NCBI GenBank assembly: GCA_021613535.1
Contig: CP075495.1
Coordinates: 2,852,001-2,916,000 of the forward strand
Source of the DNA: Adineta vaga
Lineage: Eukaryota; Animalia; Rotifera
Reading direction: 5' to 3'
Length of the DNA stretch: 64,000 bases
The translations under genes were made by a program, and so were the position numbers. This document shows, one piece after another, positions 26,447 to 40,740 of the stretch (within the stretch, counting starts at the first letter, position 1; each line of letters begins with the position of its first letter). The notes under the pieces are model-generated. The model did no database searches, was not told the origin of the DNA, and saw only the letters and a program-made list of their open reading frames with translations.

Positions 26447-27859
26447 CTATTAGTAATAATAGAGGGAAAAAAGAAAAGTAGATTAGTTCTTTGTTATCTA
26501 AGTTTTTTTCTTGTCAAAAGCTTTACTTTGTTTTTCTTGTAAGTATTTAATGTTCAGAGTGTAAAAATGAAATATTAACGACAGCGACGGCGACGACGAC
26601 GAGCGAATATGTACGTCTACAGCGAAGAATGAGAGGCAATTTTGAACTGAGTTTCTTCTTTTAAATAGCAAGCGAGAAAAAAAGAGAAAAAGAGAAAGAT
26701 GAAGTGGATGTGAATGGAAAAGAGTGTATTGTGTATGCGCGTTGTTAGACGACGACGGCAAGGAAGACTGGAACGAAAGAAAAAAAAATGAGAGAGACTA
26801 TGGATATATATCGCAACATCAGCGTAGCAACAGTATAGAAGACGTCGGACGTGCCTGATGTAAGAGAAGAAAAAAATGCATAGAGTAACCGAGGAAACAT
26901 CGATGTGCCCGACAATACAATACATAATTTATGTTTGTTTGGTTGCTGCACTCACGATAGCAACAAGTAGACACATACATGGCTTGTCTCTGTTTCTCTC
27001 AATTTTTACTTTTTTTGCTTTACATCATCGAAAAAAGAAGAGCTAGCAACTGAACGTATATCGATGATGAGAAACAGAATTTTTTTCTCTCGAACAAATG
27101 AGATCATTGTTGCTGTTTAAGAAATCAGATCACATAGAACATTGCATGATTGAATGACTGATTGCATGAGAAGAGGAAAACATTTCGTTAACATTACGAA
27201 TTATTCATGATGAAAATAAAATAGAAAATTATACGCTATTCTTCAGTGTTGTTAATGTACAATTCAAGAAATTTCTTCTACATTGAATAGTTCAAATGAA
27301 GGAACTTCCATCAACATATTCTTTGTTTACTTATGAGTAAAGACAAAACCTGATGAACGTTGTAGACGATTCTCTAGAGAAATCGACTACTTCGTCAATG
27401 AAGTAACCACTATTCATAAGAGAAATATAAGAAACTTTGTATTTCAATGATGACATTTATTAAAAAATAGTATGTTATATAATTATGAGATTGGACAATC
27501 ACTGTCTTTTTATTTAACTTGAAGTAAAAAATGTTTAAAGGATTCATCCATAAAAGTAAACATTCTTTTAAGTTTTTTTTCAAAAGATTTGTTATAACGA
27601 TAAAATGACAGTTCTATAGATTCTAAAATGTTTTTCAGCATTGGGCGGAATAAAAATGTACATTGGTTAATTAATGTTTTGATTGTACCTAGCAACGTCA
27701 ACTGTTAGTTTTTCTTTAAGTAAAACGATGTCAAACATTAGATCTCAAAATATAATATTCAATCGACGAGAATATGATTATATATTGTCAAAAGGGATAA
27801 AAATACAAGAAAGACAAAAGTTCCAGCTAAAATAAATAGTAGTTTTTATTCTTCGTAAT

Positions 27860-28754
27860 TCACAACATTGCTTGACTGTACGAATCATTATTATCATTAT
27901 CTTTGAATTCATCACTTTGCGTTATTCTGTGTTGCATTATATTTACAGAAAGTGCACCTACAGCTGATCCACCGAGGGCTGCAATAGCACCGATTTTCAA
28001 ACCCATTAAACATCCAAGAGGTCCACCAAGACCAGCGCCGAGTAGAGCACCGGATGCTAATGTAAAATATTTATTTTGCACAGCTTTTTGTAAGAACGTT
28101 GAAGCATGACGTATCTGATCATGAGCCATATGTACCAACTGTTCTGTATGTGAAATCTTTTCTTTTTGTTGTGCAACAAGTTGAGCAACTTCTCCAATTG
28201 TATCACGTAAAAGTATTAAATCTTGTTCAAGTAAATCATAAGAATCATTTAAACGATTTGTTGTTATTTGTCGTTGACGAAGTTCATTTGGTATTTCATC
28301 ATTTTCAATATTGTTACTGTTATTTAGATTATCATCGATCGATGAAGCCATAGCTTGTTCTCGAAGTATTTGAAATTCAGACATTTCACGGTCACTGTCC
28401 GTACGAAGAAGACAAATTTGTCGCTCGAGTTTCATACGATCTTTTTCTGTTAATTGTAAATATAGTTGTTCAATATTACGAATATTTTGAACTAAATTTT
28501 GAACAATTTTACCCACTTCATCTGCGAATAAAATAAAATGATTTTCTCAACTAAAACTACATTAAAAATGAGTATTTACTCAATTTTTGTACATATAAAT
28601 CATATTGATGTACGCGATTGATATCATTCAATTGTTGTTTTAGTACTGGTAAACGATTGAAATAAATTTGTGATTGTTCAATGAATCGTTTGATTTTAAA
28701 ATCGATATTTCTTTGATTAGAATCATCGATTTCTTGGTCACTATCCGAATGCAT
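27860..28754 (-). CDS. STX17: Syntaxin-17-like autophagosomal SNARE (two exons)
   Basis: SNARE motif DSYDLLEQDLILL..AQLVAQQKEKISH, followed by the glycine-zipper TM hairpin GALLGAGLGGPLGCLMGLKIGAIAALGG characteristic of STX17. Confidence 0.85.
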
Positions 28755-28986
28755 ATTCTAAAACGATTGAACAAAATATACAAGCTATTCGACTCTATCT
28801 GTTAGTACGACTATTATTATTATTATTATTATTATTATTGAGTAGTGTGTTATGATAAACATTTAATTCTAGAAGAAAAACAAACAGAAGAAGAGTTTGA
28901 TGTTTCGCTTTATTAGATATATATTAAAATGAAGAAGTTAACGTTGTAGAACAACAATGAAAATAGTAAATTAATAAGCTAATGTT

Positions 28987-30929
28987 TTAGTTTTGTTTTT
29001 TTGATTTGATTGTTTTAAGACGTTCAAGTAATGTTGGATGTGAATAATGATATTTTGCATAGAGAAAATCCGAAAATGGATAGGACATATTGTCAATTTC
29101 GAGTTTCTTTAATGCACGTCCTAAAGGTTCACCATGGTTAAGTTTCACAGCAAAGTCATCGGCTTGAAATTCAAAACGACGTGATAAGACTGTCAATGCA
29201 AATGAAAAGAGCTGAAAATGAAACAAAAGACATATTTTAGTAAAAATGAAAAAATGAATTGTCTTCTTACTTCAGAATAGGGTGAGAGAACATATTGAAA
29301 GATAATTAATAAACCCATAAGAATTGGTTGTTGTTTGGTAAAACCAAATGCTTTATAGAGAACTGTACGTTTGAATAGAGCAGCAAATATAGCAAATACA
29401 AGAAAGAGATTGAGCTTTAAATAAAAGAAAAATATCTTTAGAAGAAGATCGAAATAATAAAGATAAACTTACAAATGAAATACTCATATTGATAAGATTA
29501 TGATTAAGTGACCAATGTCCAAATTCATGGCATAAAACAGCAAGAACTTCATCAGATTCACAACCTTTATCAGCTTTCTTTTTAGTTGTTGCTTCGTCAT
29601 CATTATTTTTATCTTTTGTTGTTTGACGATGAGTGGTGGTCTTTTCTTCAACGGATACTTTTTCAGGTGCATCATCAGTTTTCTTTTCTTTATCCTAATA
29701 ATTCAAAACACAAAATCAATTCAATCGATTCTAATTATCTTTCACATACATCATCTTTAGTTTTTGTAAGACTATAACCTTTGATCAATGTATCGTAAAG
29801 AACAATACGTTTTGCTTTGAAAAATCCATAGAAATATGCATTCGAATGAGCTGATCGTGCCGAACCTACACAAAAAAAAATAGTTTACGCGGAACGATCT
29901 CCATACTTCAATAATTACCTTCGACGACATAAATTTTTGCAAGAGGAAAATGAAGTTTTTCTGCCAATCTTTCAATGCTTGAACGTAAATCTCCTTCACG
30001 TAATGGATCATAACGATCAAATAATGGTGCAATATAATTTGGATAGATGAATGCAATACCCTATAGAGAGAGAAAAAAATACGAATGAATCTTAGTTATT
30101 AAAAGATCAATGATCCTCACTAATGACATGATGGTAATAAAAAGCCAAGCATAAATAAAGAAATAATCACCGCCAATTTGTATAATTTTAATTAAAAGTG
30201 AAGCAATTGGTAATGTTAAAACAGTTGAAACAAGTAATTTCTTGATTGTATCTTTAATAAAAAATATACGTGTCTAGAAATGAAAGAAAGATTTCATTTG
30301 TAATGAATTTTGAAGAAAATTTTACTTGTTTATTAAATCCATGTTTTTCTTCAAGAACAAAATGATAATAATATGACCATGGAATACCAGAAAGTGTTGA
30401 ATAGATCATAAACATGAGAATAAATAAAATTGATTGTAATATTTCATGATTTTTATAATCATAACTTGCTAATATGTTACCAGACTTTTTCCATACCCAT
30501 GGTAAAACACCAACTAACAAGAGAATCTATGAAAAAGAAAGATCACATTCAAAAAGAAAAGAATGAATCTATAGATTTTGTTTTACTGTTGTTTCAACTT
30601 CGTTGAATATCGAATGAATTTCATTATAACGCATTTTATCAATTGCATATGAACGAGCTTTACTAAGTTCTTCCTCAGTCATAACATCGGTTAATTCAGC
30701 AGGAACAGTTCGATGACGTTTATAATTTTTATACTAAGGAAAAACAATTTTCAAACAAAAACTTATTAAAAATTGCAATTCATTGATTATTTACTTGTCG
30801 ATATGAAAGGTAATGTTCCCAAAGTGAAATAATCCATGTAAATATTAATAAAGCATAAAATAACGTATTTGAATCGATTTTATCGAGAAATGAAAAACAG
30901 TCTTCCAACTTGGAAACAAAGAATACCAT
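28987..30929 (-). CDS. ZMPSTE24: CAAX prenyl protease 1 (Ste24/ZMPSTE24, peptidase M48)
   Basis: Multi-exon. Motifs [48 protein letters not shown] (HExxH), [13 protein letters not shown] and [11 protein letters not shown]. Confidence 0.96.
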
Positions 30930-33017
30930 GTTGATATAGAATCGATTTGTTATATGCGTCGAAATCGATACAATTGTCGACTAGAAAACACTAGATTAAC
31001 GTGATGAATACCTGAAATCACGAGAGAAAAAGTGTGTGATAAATAAATGAGAGGAGTAAGTGAGAGAGAGAGAGATGTATTATATATGACGAAGAAGAAT
31101 GAAATGAATGAAGGAATGAATGAGTCAGTTTTGAAAGAGATTGGTCGATACGATAACCATTTAGAGGCGTTTTTCACTTGACGATTGCTTTCTCATTTTC
31201 GATTTGTGATTTGCAAATATTCTTATCGTTACTTTTCGTTTCATTTATTCTATCTTAATCCTTGATATTTACTTATTCCATAGGATTAATAAAAATCAAT
31301 ATGAAATCATTCAAAAGCGACTCCGATGGCGGCACTTGTTGATCATTGCGCTCTCTTCACGTATATATATATATATATCAACTATATTATCAGACTAGAT
31401 TATTTAGCCTTTATATAATAAAGAGATTTTTTCGTTTCAATCAAATATTTTGCTAACATTCTTCATCATAAGAAACCATGAGATTATTTAATAGTTTATT
31501 TCGAAAAAAAAAGAAGTTCAAAACAGATTTACAATTTGTACATGATGATAGTGTAGTTGATGATAATTTTCTAAAAGCAAACAATATATTTATATAAATA
31601 AATCGTCGATTTCAATGGTCGTCAGGTATCTGAAAAGCCAGCACCTGCACTTTTATTATCGAGCAGATTGCAAAACTAGTCAGATTCGAGACAATACAAT
31701 GGTTATCGATATTTATGTCTAAAACAAAACTTCTTTTTTAAGTATTATTTACATATACAAAATAAGAATTTTTTGTCTCATACATACCTTTACTTTTTTT
31801 TCTCCTTTATTTAGTACACACGTACATCAATGTCATAGATTATACTGTTTTTAGACACAATGATAGTTAGTTCGTCTAGTGGCGGCAAATGTAAATTAAT
31901 TCTCGTTTTTCTTTTACTACGTAAGCATACGTTGCTGTTACGTGTCACTCAACTGATAGTCCATACTGATTCGATTAACTTCGACTGGCGCCAAACTACC
32001 GAACAACGAAGGACTGTTGTTCATCAGCTGCTTTGTTACGACTTAATACCATTTATACAGCGATGTCCTTCATCAAGATGTGTACGTTCTCATCTGCTAT
32101 TGTATATATATATATATACTACTCTAAAATTGCTTACCTTCAGAAAGAGTCGCGATAAAAACGAGAATGTTACTGTGTCGTTGCCTATAGAGCGAAGTAG
32201 AATAATAATAATAAAAAAATAAGAGAAAAAAAGAAAGCGAATGGAAAAAGACGACAAAGTACTGTACGTCGACCAAAGTAAAAAAAGCGAGAATCGACAC
32301 GACAACGATGTCAGTAGAGAATATAAAGACACAAGAAGAATAACGACGAAAAACGAATTTGATGTGATGTGATGATGATGCGATGAAAAAACCTGAATGA
32401 AACAAGGCCGTCGCGGGCGCGCGCGTCAGCTGCAACTTTATCTTTGCTTCTCTCCACACACATACACACACGTTCGCCTTCTCACTCCGATTCGTTCTTA
32501 TCGCTCTGCCATTACTACCAGGTGAATGAAGGTTGACGATAGCTATACAGATTGATGGGATGAAAAAAAATACCTACAAAAAGAACGAATGTAATTGCAC
32601 TCCGAATTTTATTTTAAATATACGATAATAATGGCAATGTAACCGAGATGAGTAAACTCTATATATGCCTACATATCGATACGTTCTGTGATTGACTTTG
32701 TGAACAATAAATGAAGGAATGAATAGTATGGCGCAACAAAACAGTACTGACCTTTACTTATACAATTGGTTATGACGTACATATTTAGTTGATAATAATA
32801 ACCTTTTTTTTACCACTATATTGCGAGCAAACAAATTAATAAGAAAAAAAGAAAATGGTTATAGAAACTTTCTTGGTTAAAACAATTGATCCATAGGCAA
32901 TTCAAACCTTGCCCATTTTTTCTTCTTTTCTTTTCTTTTCGTAAGAGACGCGTCTAAAACGTGATGGTTGATATAATATAGATGCAATAATACAGCAGTT
33001 GTCGAATAGACTGGTTT

Positions 33018-33050
33018 CTCTTCTCTTCTCTTCTCTTCTCTTCTCTTCTC
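33018..33050. repeat. (CTTCT)n microsatellite
   Basis: About six pentamer units, directly visible. Confidence 0.85.
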
Positions 33051-35389
33051 CTTTCTTTTCTTTTTCTCGTTTGTTCGTACGTGTATCTACGTGTAATACA
33101 CTTTTTCTCGCTGTCGCCGTTGAATAGATGCCCAGTAACAACAACGAGTTGCTGATGCTGCAACCACATACTCATACATGGTAGTTACAACGCAAACAGT
33201 GAGAAAAAAGAAGGGAAGAAAAGAGAGAAAGAAAAAAAAAGAGGACGAAAGAAAGAACGAAGGAAAAGAAAACAGAGCGACTTACTCAACAAGAGACCCG
33301 TGCACACACACACACACATACACAGAAGGCATTGCCCTATCAACGAGAACGAATGGGCCACTGACATCATACAACGACAACATATACACGATCGAGAAGA
33401 GAAGGAGGAGAAATACGTAGAAACCCATACGTTCCGCGGCTAGAACAAAGAACGCTCAGTGATGCTAAAGGAGAAAAATGTTCTTTCTCTTCTTCCTTGA
33501 TGTTGTCACTACTGCATCTTATCTTAGCGCAAACTGACTGCTTTCTTTTACATTGTGATTGCACCATCGAACACTGCCATACTATTGTTCCTTATTTCAT
33601 TTATTATTGGCAATAATGATGAGCACTAATACGAATACACCCTATGTTTTAGCTACGTGTGATGAGATTAAAAAGCACAGATAATATGAAGAAAAATAGA
33701 ATTTCACGTACGATGAAACCATCAATTTCTATAACGAACGATCAAATGTATAAATGACATAAGTTCTACGACAATTCTTGCTTTTAACATCAGTTTCTCT
33801 CTCGGTTTCGCGTTTATTCTATTTCTATTAAAACTTAGAAAAAAATGAATTCGGTTTATAAAGATATCTATGTTCATATGCTATTTCTTTTCTTTTGTCA
33901 ATTTTGTTAGTGTTACCTGTTGACTAGAATTGACTAGCAGATGTATTTGTCTGTCTACTTGATAAACGGAAATTTGTCAACGTTCTTTAGCATTATGTAG
34001 CGTATTTACATACTTTTTGTAAGAAAAATGGTCGACGACTTTTTGGAGAGAAATCAATGGGCTTGACGTTGCGAGTTGTGCGGCAAGATTTAGAGAAACT
34101 GCGGAAGTAACAGAAAGACAGATATATGGCGAGCGGGTAGAACTACTATTGGAAAAAAACGACTGAAAAAGAACTGATAGAAAAGAAAGAAAGAAAAAAA
34201 GAGAAAAAAAAGATCCGAGAAAAGAAAGATGCTGAGAAAGAACAAGAGTAAAGAAAAGGAATCTATTGCGGAAGACAAGAAACAAATGAAGAAAAAGATG
34301 AAGAGAAATAGAAAAAAAAGAACAAGGAGAAATTTACAAAGAACCAAGCAAAACGATATCACACCTTTCTTTCCGATGTCCATAAATAGTTTCGATAAGT
34401 AATAAAATGTTTGAATTTCTCTTAAACTAGTAGAGACAAAAAAAAAGGAAGCAATGAATTTGTTCAATGTTTAGTTAAACTAATTCTCGAACTCATGATA
34501 ATCAAATGATTTCAATATACAATAACGCAAGACATATTAAATAAAAACATATATATACCCAATGCGATCTTACTATTTAATCATCACGTCCTTCATTATA
34601 GACGCACTCTCTTAAGAATTGAAAAAAAGAAATAGACAGAATAACTCGATCTTCTTATGTACGAAGAAACTATAGACTTCTTTGAAAGTTTTTTCTTCTA
34701 GGCATTGTCTTTTCTCAAGTTCATCAACTATATTTTTACACTCCAATTCTATTTAAGAGATTTTTAATAGTATTGAAAAAGTGCCAATTTCTCAAAGTAG
34801 AAGAAAAAAGAAATTCAACGATTTTTTTAGAGACATATAAGAACTAATTTTACATATAGTTCATAAATGTGTGAACATCAATTTCATTTAAGATTTCTTT
34901 TTAAATAAATGAAAGAAGAGAGAGAAAGAGAGAAAAGAATTAGCTAACATTATGCATTGTTGAATACACTACATCAACTGATGATGAATGGAGACATAAC
35001 ATCGAGGAAAAGAAGAATAAGAAGTCTATTTTGAGTATCTTAACCAGACATTTACAATACATCGTCATGAAGATGATTGGCAAGTAAACTTCAGGGACAA
35101 CTATCATTTACTACATCGCTTTTCTAGCCCATATTACAGAAATAGCAGATGGATGCCTATCACGATTCTGTCATCAAATCCCATTAGAAGTCTCTACGTT
35201 CACAAAATATGAAAGATATAGTTATTTATATATCAGTGTATATGAAGAAAGAGGGAACTTATCAACAAAATGACAATTAATAAAGACAAACTTGGAAAAT
35301 CATCAACTCATTGATTATATATATATATATCTTCGAAGAATTGACTCTAGTTGACATGTATGTAATTAGTACAAAAGGATCAATGATGA

Positions 35390-36640
35390 AATATTTTTAT
35401 TAGTAATTAGAAGACGATTCGAACAAACTGAAAATAGATAAGAAACAGGAAGTTATTTGATGATAAATATTAGATGATAAATTTATGAAGAATGATGATT
35501 TTGACATTGAATCTATTGATGATGATGATTTTGTTAGATACACAAGATAATATTCAAGGAAATTATTGATGAATATAATGAAAAATATTGCTAAACTAAT
35601 CATTAGAATCATACTAAAAAATGTAATAGACAAAGATAAGAATTAACTGAAATAAACATAGGAAAAAATATCCTACGGCAATATCTCAATGATATAATTA
35701 TTTTCTAGCGATCTTTCGATGAAATTACAAACCTGATTATACGAAATCGATCATATTGATCTGTTGACGTCAAAATGAAAAAGAATTCATAATATTCATT
35801 CAATAATTGATACCAATTGTTTGTACAATCAATCTAAAGAACATTTCAAACATTGGCACGTATATTCCTGTTTATGTCAATGACTGATAATCAATATCAT
35901 CAAATCAATGGTGCAGAAAATCTTCAATGAATTATCTCAACGTTCTAAGATCATTCACACATTTACTAATTTATGTAACTTTGATGAACTCAATAGTCTA
36001 CGTTAATAATTATCAACAAATCGTTCATTATTACATCTATCTGTTCGAATTGGTTGGTATAAAACAGTTGTTCAATTACTTAAATGTTCTGTTGATATCA
36101 ATCTGGTCGATAGTGAAGAAAATATACCATTAGTGTTAATAATAAATCAGTCGTAAATAACTATATTCAAATGTTTACTTTGATCTAAACCGATTGATAT
36201 CAACGATTAGAGGCTAACTGATGGATTAATTATGATCATTATCGGTATTTACGAATACTTTTACAACAGAAAAAAAAAACATGATCTCAATCTTGATGTA
36301 ACAATAAAATCGAAAAAAAAACGTTCTTACATTTCATGGGTGATGATAAAAGTGAGAATTTTTGAATACAAAAAGATAGTCAAGGTTATACACCATTATT
36401 CATTGCTCTTATCCGATGGCCTTATAGTCCATTTACACGACATTTACTTCGTGATCTATCATCAACTAGTCTACAACTACAAGATAATCAGAGTAAAACG
36501 ATTCTACATTGGGCAATCTTTAATCATCGACTTGTCAAATTAATCATTGAATATCAATGTCTTCGATTATACAATATCAAAGATAATTATAGATAACTAT
36601 CTATCGATGATGCTCACGAACAGAATTGTTTGAAATCTAA
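35390..36640 (+). pseudogene. Ankyrin-repeat pseudogene
   Basis: TNRSLLHLSVRIGWYKTVVQLLKCSVDINLVDSEENIPL and QGYTPLFIALIRWPYSPFTRHLLRDLSSTSLQLQDNQSKTILHWAIFNHRLVKLIIEY are ankyrin-like and are broken by stops and frameshifts. Boundaries approximate. Confidence 0.65.
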
Positions 36641-36799
36641 ACTTACTTTTGTAATTGATCTATCGTTTGAGTTATTGTTCATACGAGTATCTTGTATCAT
36701 GATATGTAATTGATCAGGTTTACTATCATCTTGTTCATCTAGAGGATAGAGAAAATCATTTAATTTATCTCGATTTTTTTGATAAAATATTCAACTGTC

Positions 36800-37669
36800 A
36801 GTATTACTTGGAAATGAATCATCAAGAAGATGACTAAAAATACAAAAATCATTCGAAGAAAAAAGTTCTCAACTTTACTCTGAATAGTTCATTGGTACAT
36901 GATCTACAGAAAAAGAATAACATTCTATCATTCCTAAAACAAAAAAGTCAATTTCTTTCGTTTTACCATGTAATAGATGAAGACTATCATTAATCATAGG
37001 TAGATCGGAAGAACTAGAACATAAATGTTGATTTTCGTACATTTCAGTACAGATTTGATTTGTTTGAGAACTGTTATTTTGTAATTGTTCAATAAACATA
37101 GTTGACCAAAATTCTGCATCCTTACACAACGAAATTCTGTCGACATGCGATAGAAAATCGTTGATCTCATACTTTAAGAAATTGAATACGTTGTTGATAG
37201 AGAATAAGTTTTGTTTTTAAAGCTTCTTTAAATTTTTTAATCTTTTCATTTTCTTCAAGTAAAGATTCTTTAATTATTTGTAATCGATCGAAATTTTCTT
37301 GCTTCTCTTTTTCATCATAATACGTCATAATGATTTCTATGAGAAATATTCACTTCAAATCTTCTTCTTAAGAAATAAATCTATATATACTTCGCTGTTT
37401 CTTTCGAGCATTGCTAAGTAAATATTTTGCTTTGGAATATTTCGCAGAATATTCTTCAATATAATGTTGTCGAATTTGTGAATTATCAAGGCAATTCAAT
37501 GGAATATTTAATTGATGTAGCAGAGAAATATTCTCATCCGGAGAATTCTAAAATATGAAACTGAATGACTTTTGTTACATTAGAATTTTCTTTTTACTAA
37601 TTGAGCTAGCGAGACACTTGTTCGAATGGTATCAAATTCTAAGATGGAATATTTATCACCACTTTCCAT
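36800..37669 (-). pseudogene. Disrupted gene for an unknown coiled-coil-like protein
   Basis: Exon-like blocks MESGDKYSILEFDTIRTSVSLAQ / NSPDENISLLHQLNIPLNCLDNSQIRQHYIEEYSAKYSKAKYLLSNARKKQR / IIMTYYDEKEKQENFDRLQIIKESLLEENEKIKKFKKL*KQNLFSINNVFNFLKYEIND. There is an in-frame TAA, and the first donor lacks GT. Confidence 0.4.
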
Positions 37670-39450
37670 CGTTGAAATTATTCGATGCACATGTCAGATC
37701 TGTTTATTTATGAGACGTGAATGTGATGATTTACAATGAAAGAAAATTCATGCTTTTCGCGCCAGATTTTACTAGTTATATCATTCAAACGAAACTCATT
37801 CTTTCTTCTATGTCTGACAATGTATATATAAAGCTCATTACTGTGGCACATCATTTCAGAATACATGATTTTCATCGAATTTCTTCATGACACATATTCA
37901 ATGACTATTCATTATATATCCGATTATACAAAAGTTCAGACACGATGAATATTATCATTCACTTCTATTTATTTTCTCTAAAGCAACGCCTTTAAGCTAA
38001 TAGATTATTGTTAATATAAACAATATTGACAGTATTATTATGTATTAACACATGTTTTGTATATAATATATATTCATCTAAATCAAAGACAAATTTCGTC
38101 GTTCTATATTTGATGACATTGTATGATAATTATTTATTCCATATATTGTATTCCATAACATCTCATCTATATTTGCCAAATGAGACATTGTTTCGAATAT
38201 GAAACGATGTTATTAGAGATATTTTATGTAGGTAGTAAACGAATTATGGGTCACATAATCTCACAGAACAAAGTTAATATTATTGGAATATTCTATTTTT
38301 GATCTATTCACATTTATAAATTAACTGATTATGCAACGCATCGATAGTCATGAAAAGCATTTACATCTAGGTAAGTGAATTTTCTATATATTTCATTTCA
38401 CTCACAAGATCATTGGCCTGGAAGTTTGAGAGGAAATTTGTTCTTCAACATGGTTGCATATGAACCTGATGAAAAATAAATCTAAGAAATTAATGCTACG
38501 TCATTATATTCTATGGTGAACTTTCTCATTTGTACTGATCGTAAGAAATCGAAGTTGACTTATTGTTCGATAGAAAACTAGTAATCACTGAGAAATGCTG
38601 ATCAGTGAAGAGAAAAGAAAAGCAGACTCATACAAGAAAATCTACAAGCAACATTACAAAGAAGAGGATGAAGAGAAAGAAAGGAAGAAAAAGAGGAACG
38701 GCAATTTTCTACATAATTGAGTTTTAGCTTGAATAACAAGCGGTCTGACGTTATTGAACAGTGAAGAAGAAAATCAGTGTGTTATTCTACCCAAGAATCA
38801 AAATCTCTTTAATAGATTTTTCTGTGAGAAAAATGGGAAATTTTAGATGTATTAATATTTATGATAATCTTTGAATAGAGAGAAAGAGAGTGAGAAAAGT
38901 AAGACGTGAAAGAACAGAGAACACTAGGTAAGTAAAAGAATAGTATGCAGAGAAGAAATGAAGGAAGGAAATAGGGTGACGATGATATTAAGAACAGCAT
39001 TTTGCTTTTTTTCCATCCTCTTCATTTTTTTCTCGTTAGATTCTAGTACTGTTACTTAAACAAGTACAATGAAAACTCAATCCCGATTGCCTGCTCAGAC
39101 ACAACATGCAGGAGAGTGAAGAAGAGAAATTGGAGACGACGAGTTTATATATATATATATACTTAGATGGGAAAAACGAGAGAGAGAAGAAGAGAAAGAA
39201 AAAATGCGAAGACTATAAGCAATGAATGACATCGTTCATTTATTCATTTTTGTATACCATAATACCTTACTATTCTTGAAGAAACCATCTATTCAATCAA
39301 CTAAACATCCTTTTCTTTCTGCATGACTTTCATATGAAAATCGATATTTTTTTCTTTCTTTTTATAGAAACTATATAATAATATGTTAGGTGACTATTTC
39401 TTCTTAGTTGATTACAAAGATGATCAAGGATCAACAGCAAACTTCTAATC

Positions 39451-40084
39451 ATGGACGTTATAATAACTGCTCTTGGTGAATTTGTTTGGACAGCATCGTA
39501 TGTAGACAAATATTTAGTTCCGAATTCATTAATAATCTTATATTTAATTTAGATGTGCTGTAATTAATTTTTGTGTTAGTTCAGGATTTAGTGCTAGTGC
39601 CGTATTTGTATCTTTTCTTTGCGTGATTCTTGCATCGGCTTTTTATAAATATTCAACCAGTCGTGAAGAAATATCATTGTTGGATAATACTTCAAGTACT
39701 TTTGTCGATTATGAAGATGATAATCTCACTCCATCGAATACAATCGCACCAATAATGAAATGTCCAATGTTTGCACATAATAATAATAACAATAATAATA
39801 CAAATCATACTAATGATACTATTCAATCATTATCAGAAATTGAAATTTGCGTAGAAGAAAATGCAAGTGAAACTGAAGCTAATGATGAAGAAATATCGGA
39901 TGATATTCTTATTGATACAATTGAAGGTTCCGAAGATGAAATTCAAAAGAAACAAATAGCAAATATTTATCGTCTTTTAAATGATCAACATTTAATTAAT
40001 AATTGGACAACAACAGATTTTCTTGATCAACTGAAAATGTATGGTCTTGAAACATATGAAGACGATGAACTTGAAGTTTCATAA
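39451..40084 (+). CDS. Hypothetical membrane protein with acidic C-terminal region (~190 aa)
   Basis: Exon 39451-39497 (MDVIITALGEFVWTAS, donor GTATGT) splices in frame to 39553 (CAVINFCVSSGFSASAVFVSFLCVILASAFYKY), continuing into ORF 39623-40084. Confidence 0.6.
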
Positions 40085-40740
40085 ATCTCTCTATCTCATT
40101 TTTTCATATTATTACGTATTCATTTTCGTTCATGAACGATATTTTACATCTCATCTTTGTTCTTCTTTTTCTTCTGTATTATCGATGATTGTTATATTTA
40201 AAATCAATCTATCTTGTTCATATTTCTCAATCTTGAAAGTTTTTTGATCTGTTTAGAATCATTTTAGAAACCTATTGTAGACATTCCTTGAATAGATTAA
40301 ACACAAAACATAAGTGATGTTTTTCGAAGTAAAATCGAACGAGTGACATATATAAACATAGAAACATTTAAATGTGTTTACTTTTGAAAACACCCACACC
40401 CACACCTGTACAAAACAAGACAATTTTTTGCTCTTTCGATTGTTGACATGTAAAAGACAACAAATTATATTAAAAGAAAAAGCAATCGAAAAAAAGTGAA
40501 TGTCATTCTTTGCTTCAATATTCTGAATCAACTATTGTAGTTAATGATTATTATTTTTTCTATCAAACTTATTTGTACAGTCATTAGTTGTTTAAACAGT
40601 GAGGAAATCCTAGTGGAAAACAGAAAAATACCTTAGAAAAAACTGAATGTTTAGTTAAATATTCACGTGAAACAAGAGACAATTCAATCGTGAATACTTT
40701 TTTTTACAGTGATTGATTGATTGATCCTTATTAAGATTTA

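Noticed and set aside
33545-33585. miR-34 or miR-92 seed-like sequences
   Set aside because: Seed-length matches only, with no complementary star arm.
32900-34470. Phe/Leu-rich or Lys/Arg-rich ORFs that look like membrane or basic proteins
   Set aside because: By-products of purine/pyrimidine-skewed low-complexity non-coding DNA; the same applies to 1774-2100, 26498-26951 and most ORFs at 57-62 kb.
40391-40406. Interstitial telomeric (CCCACA)n repeat
   Set aside because: Only about two and a half units, compatible with chance.
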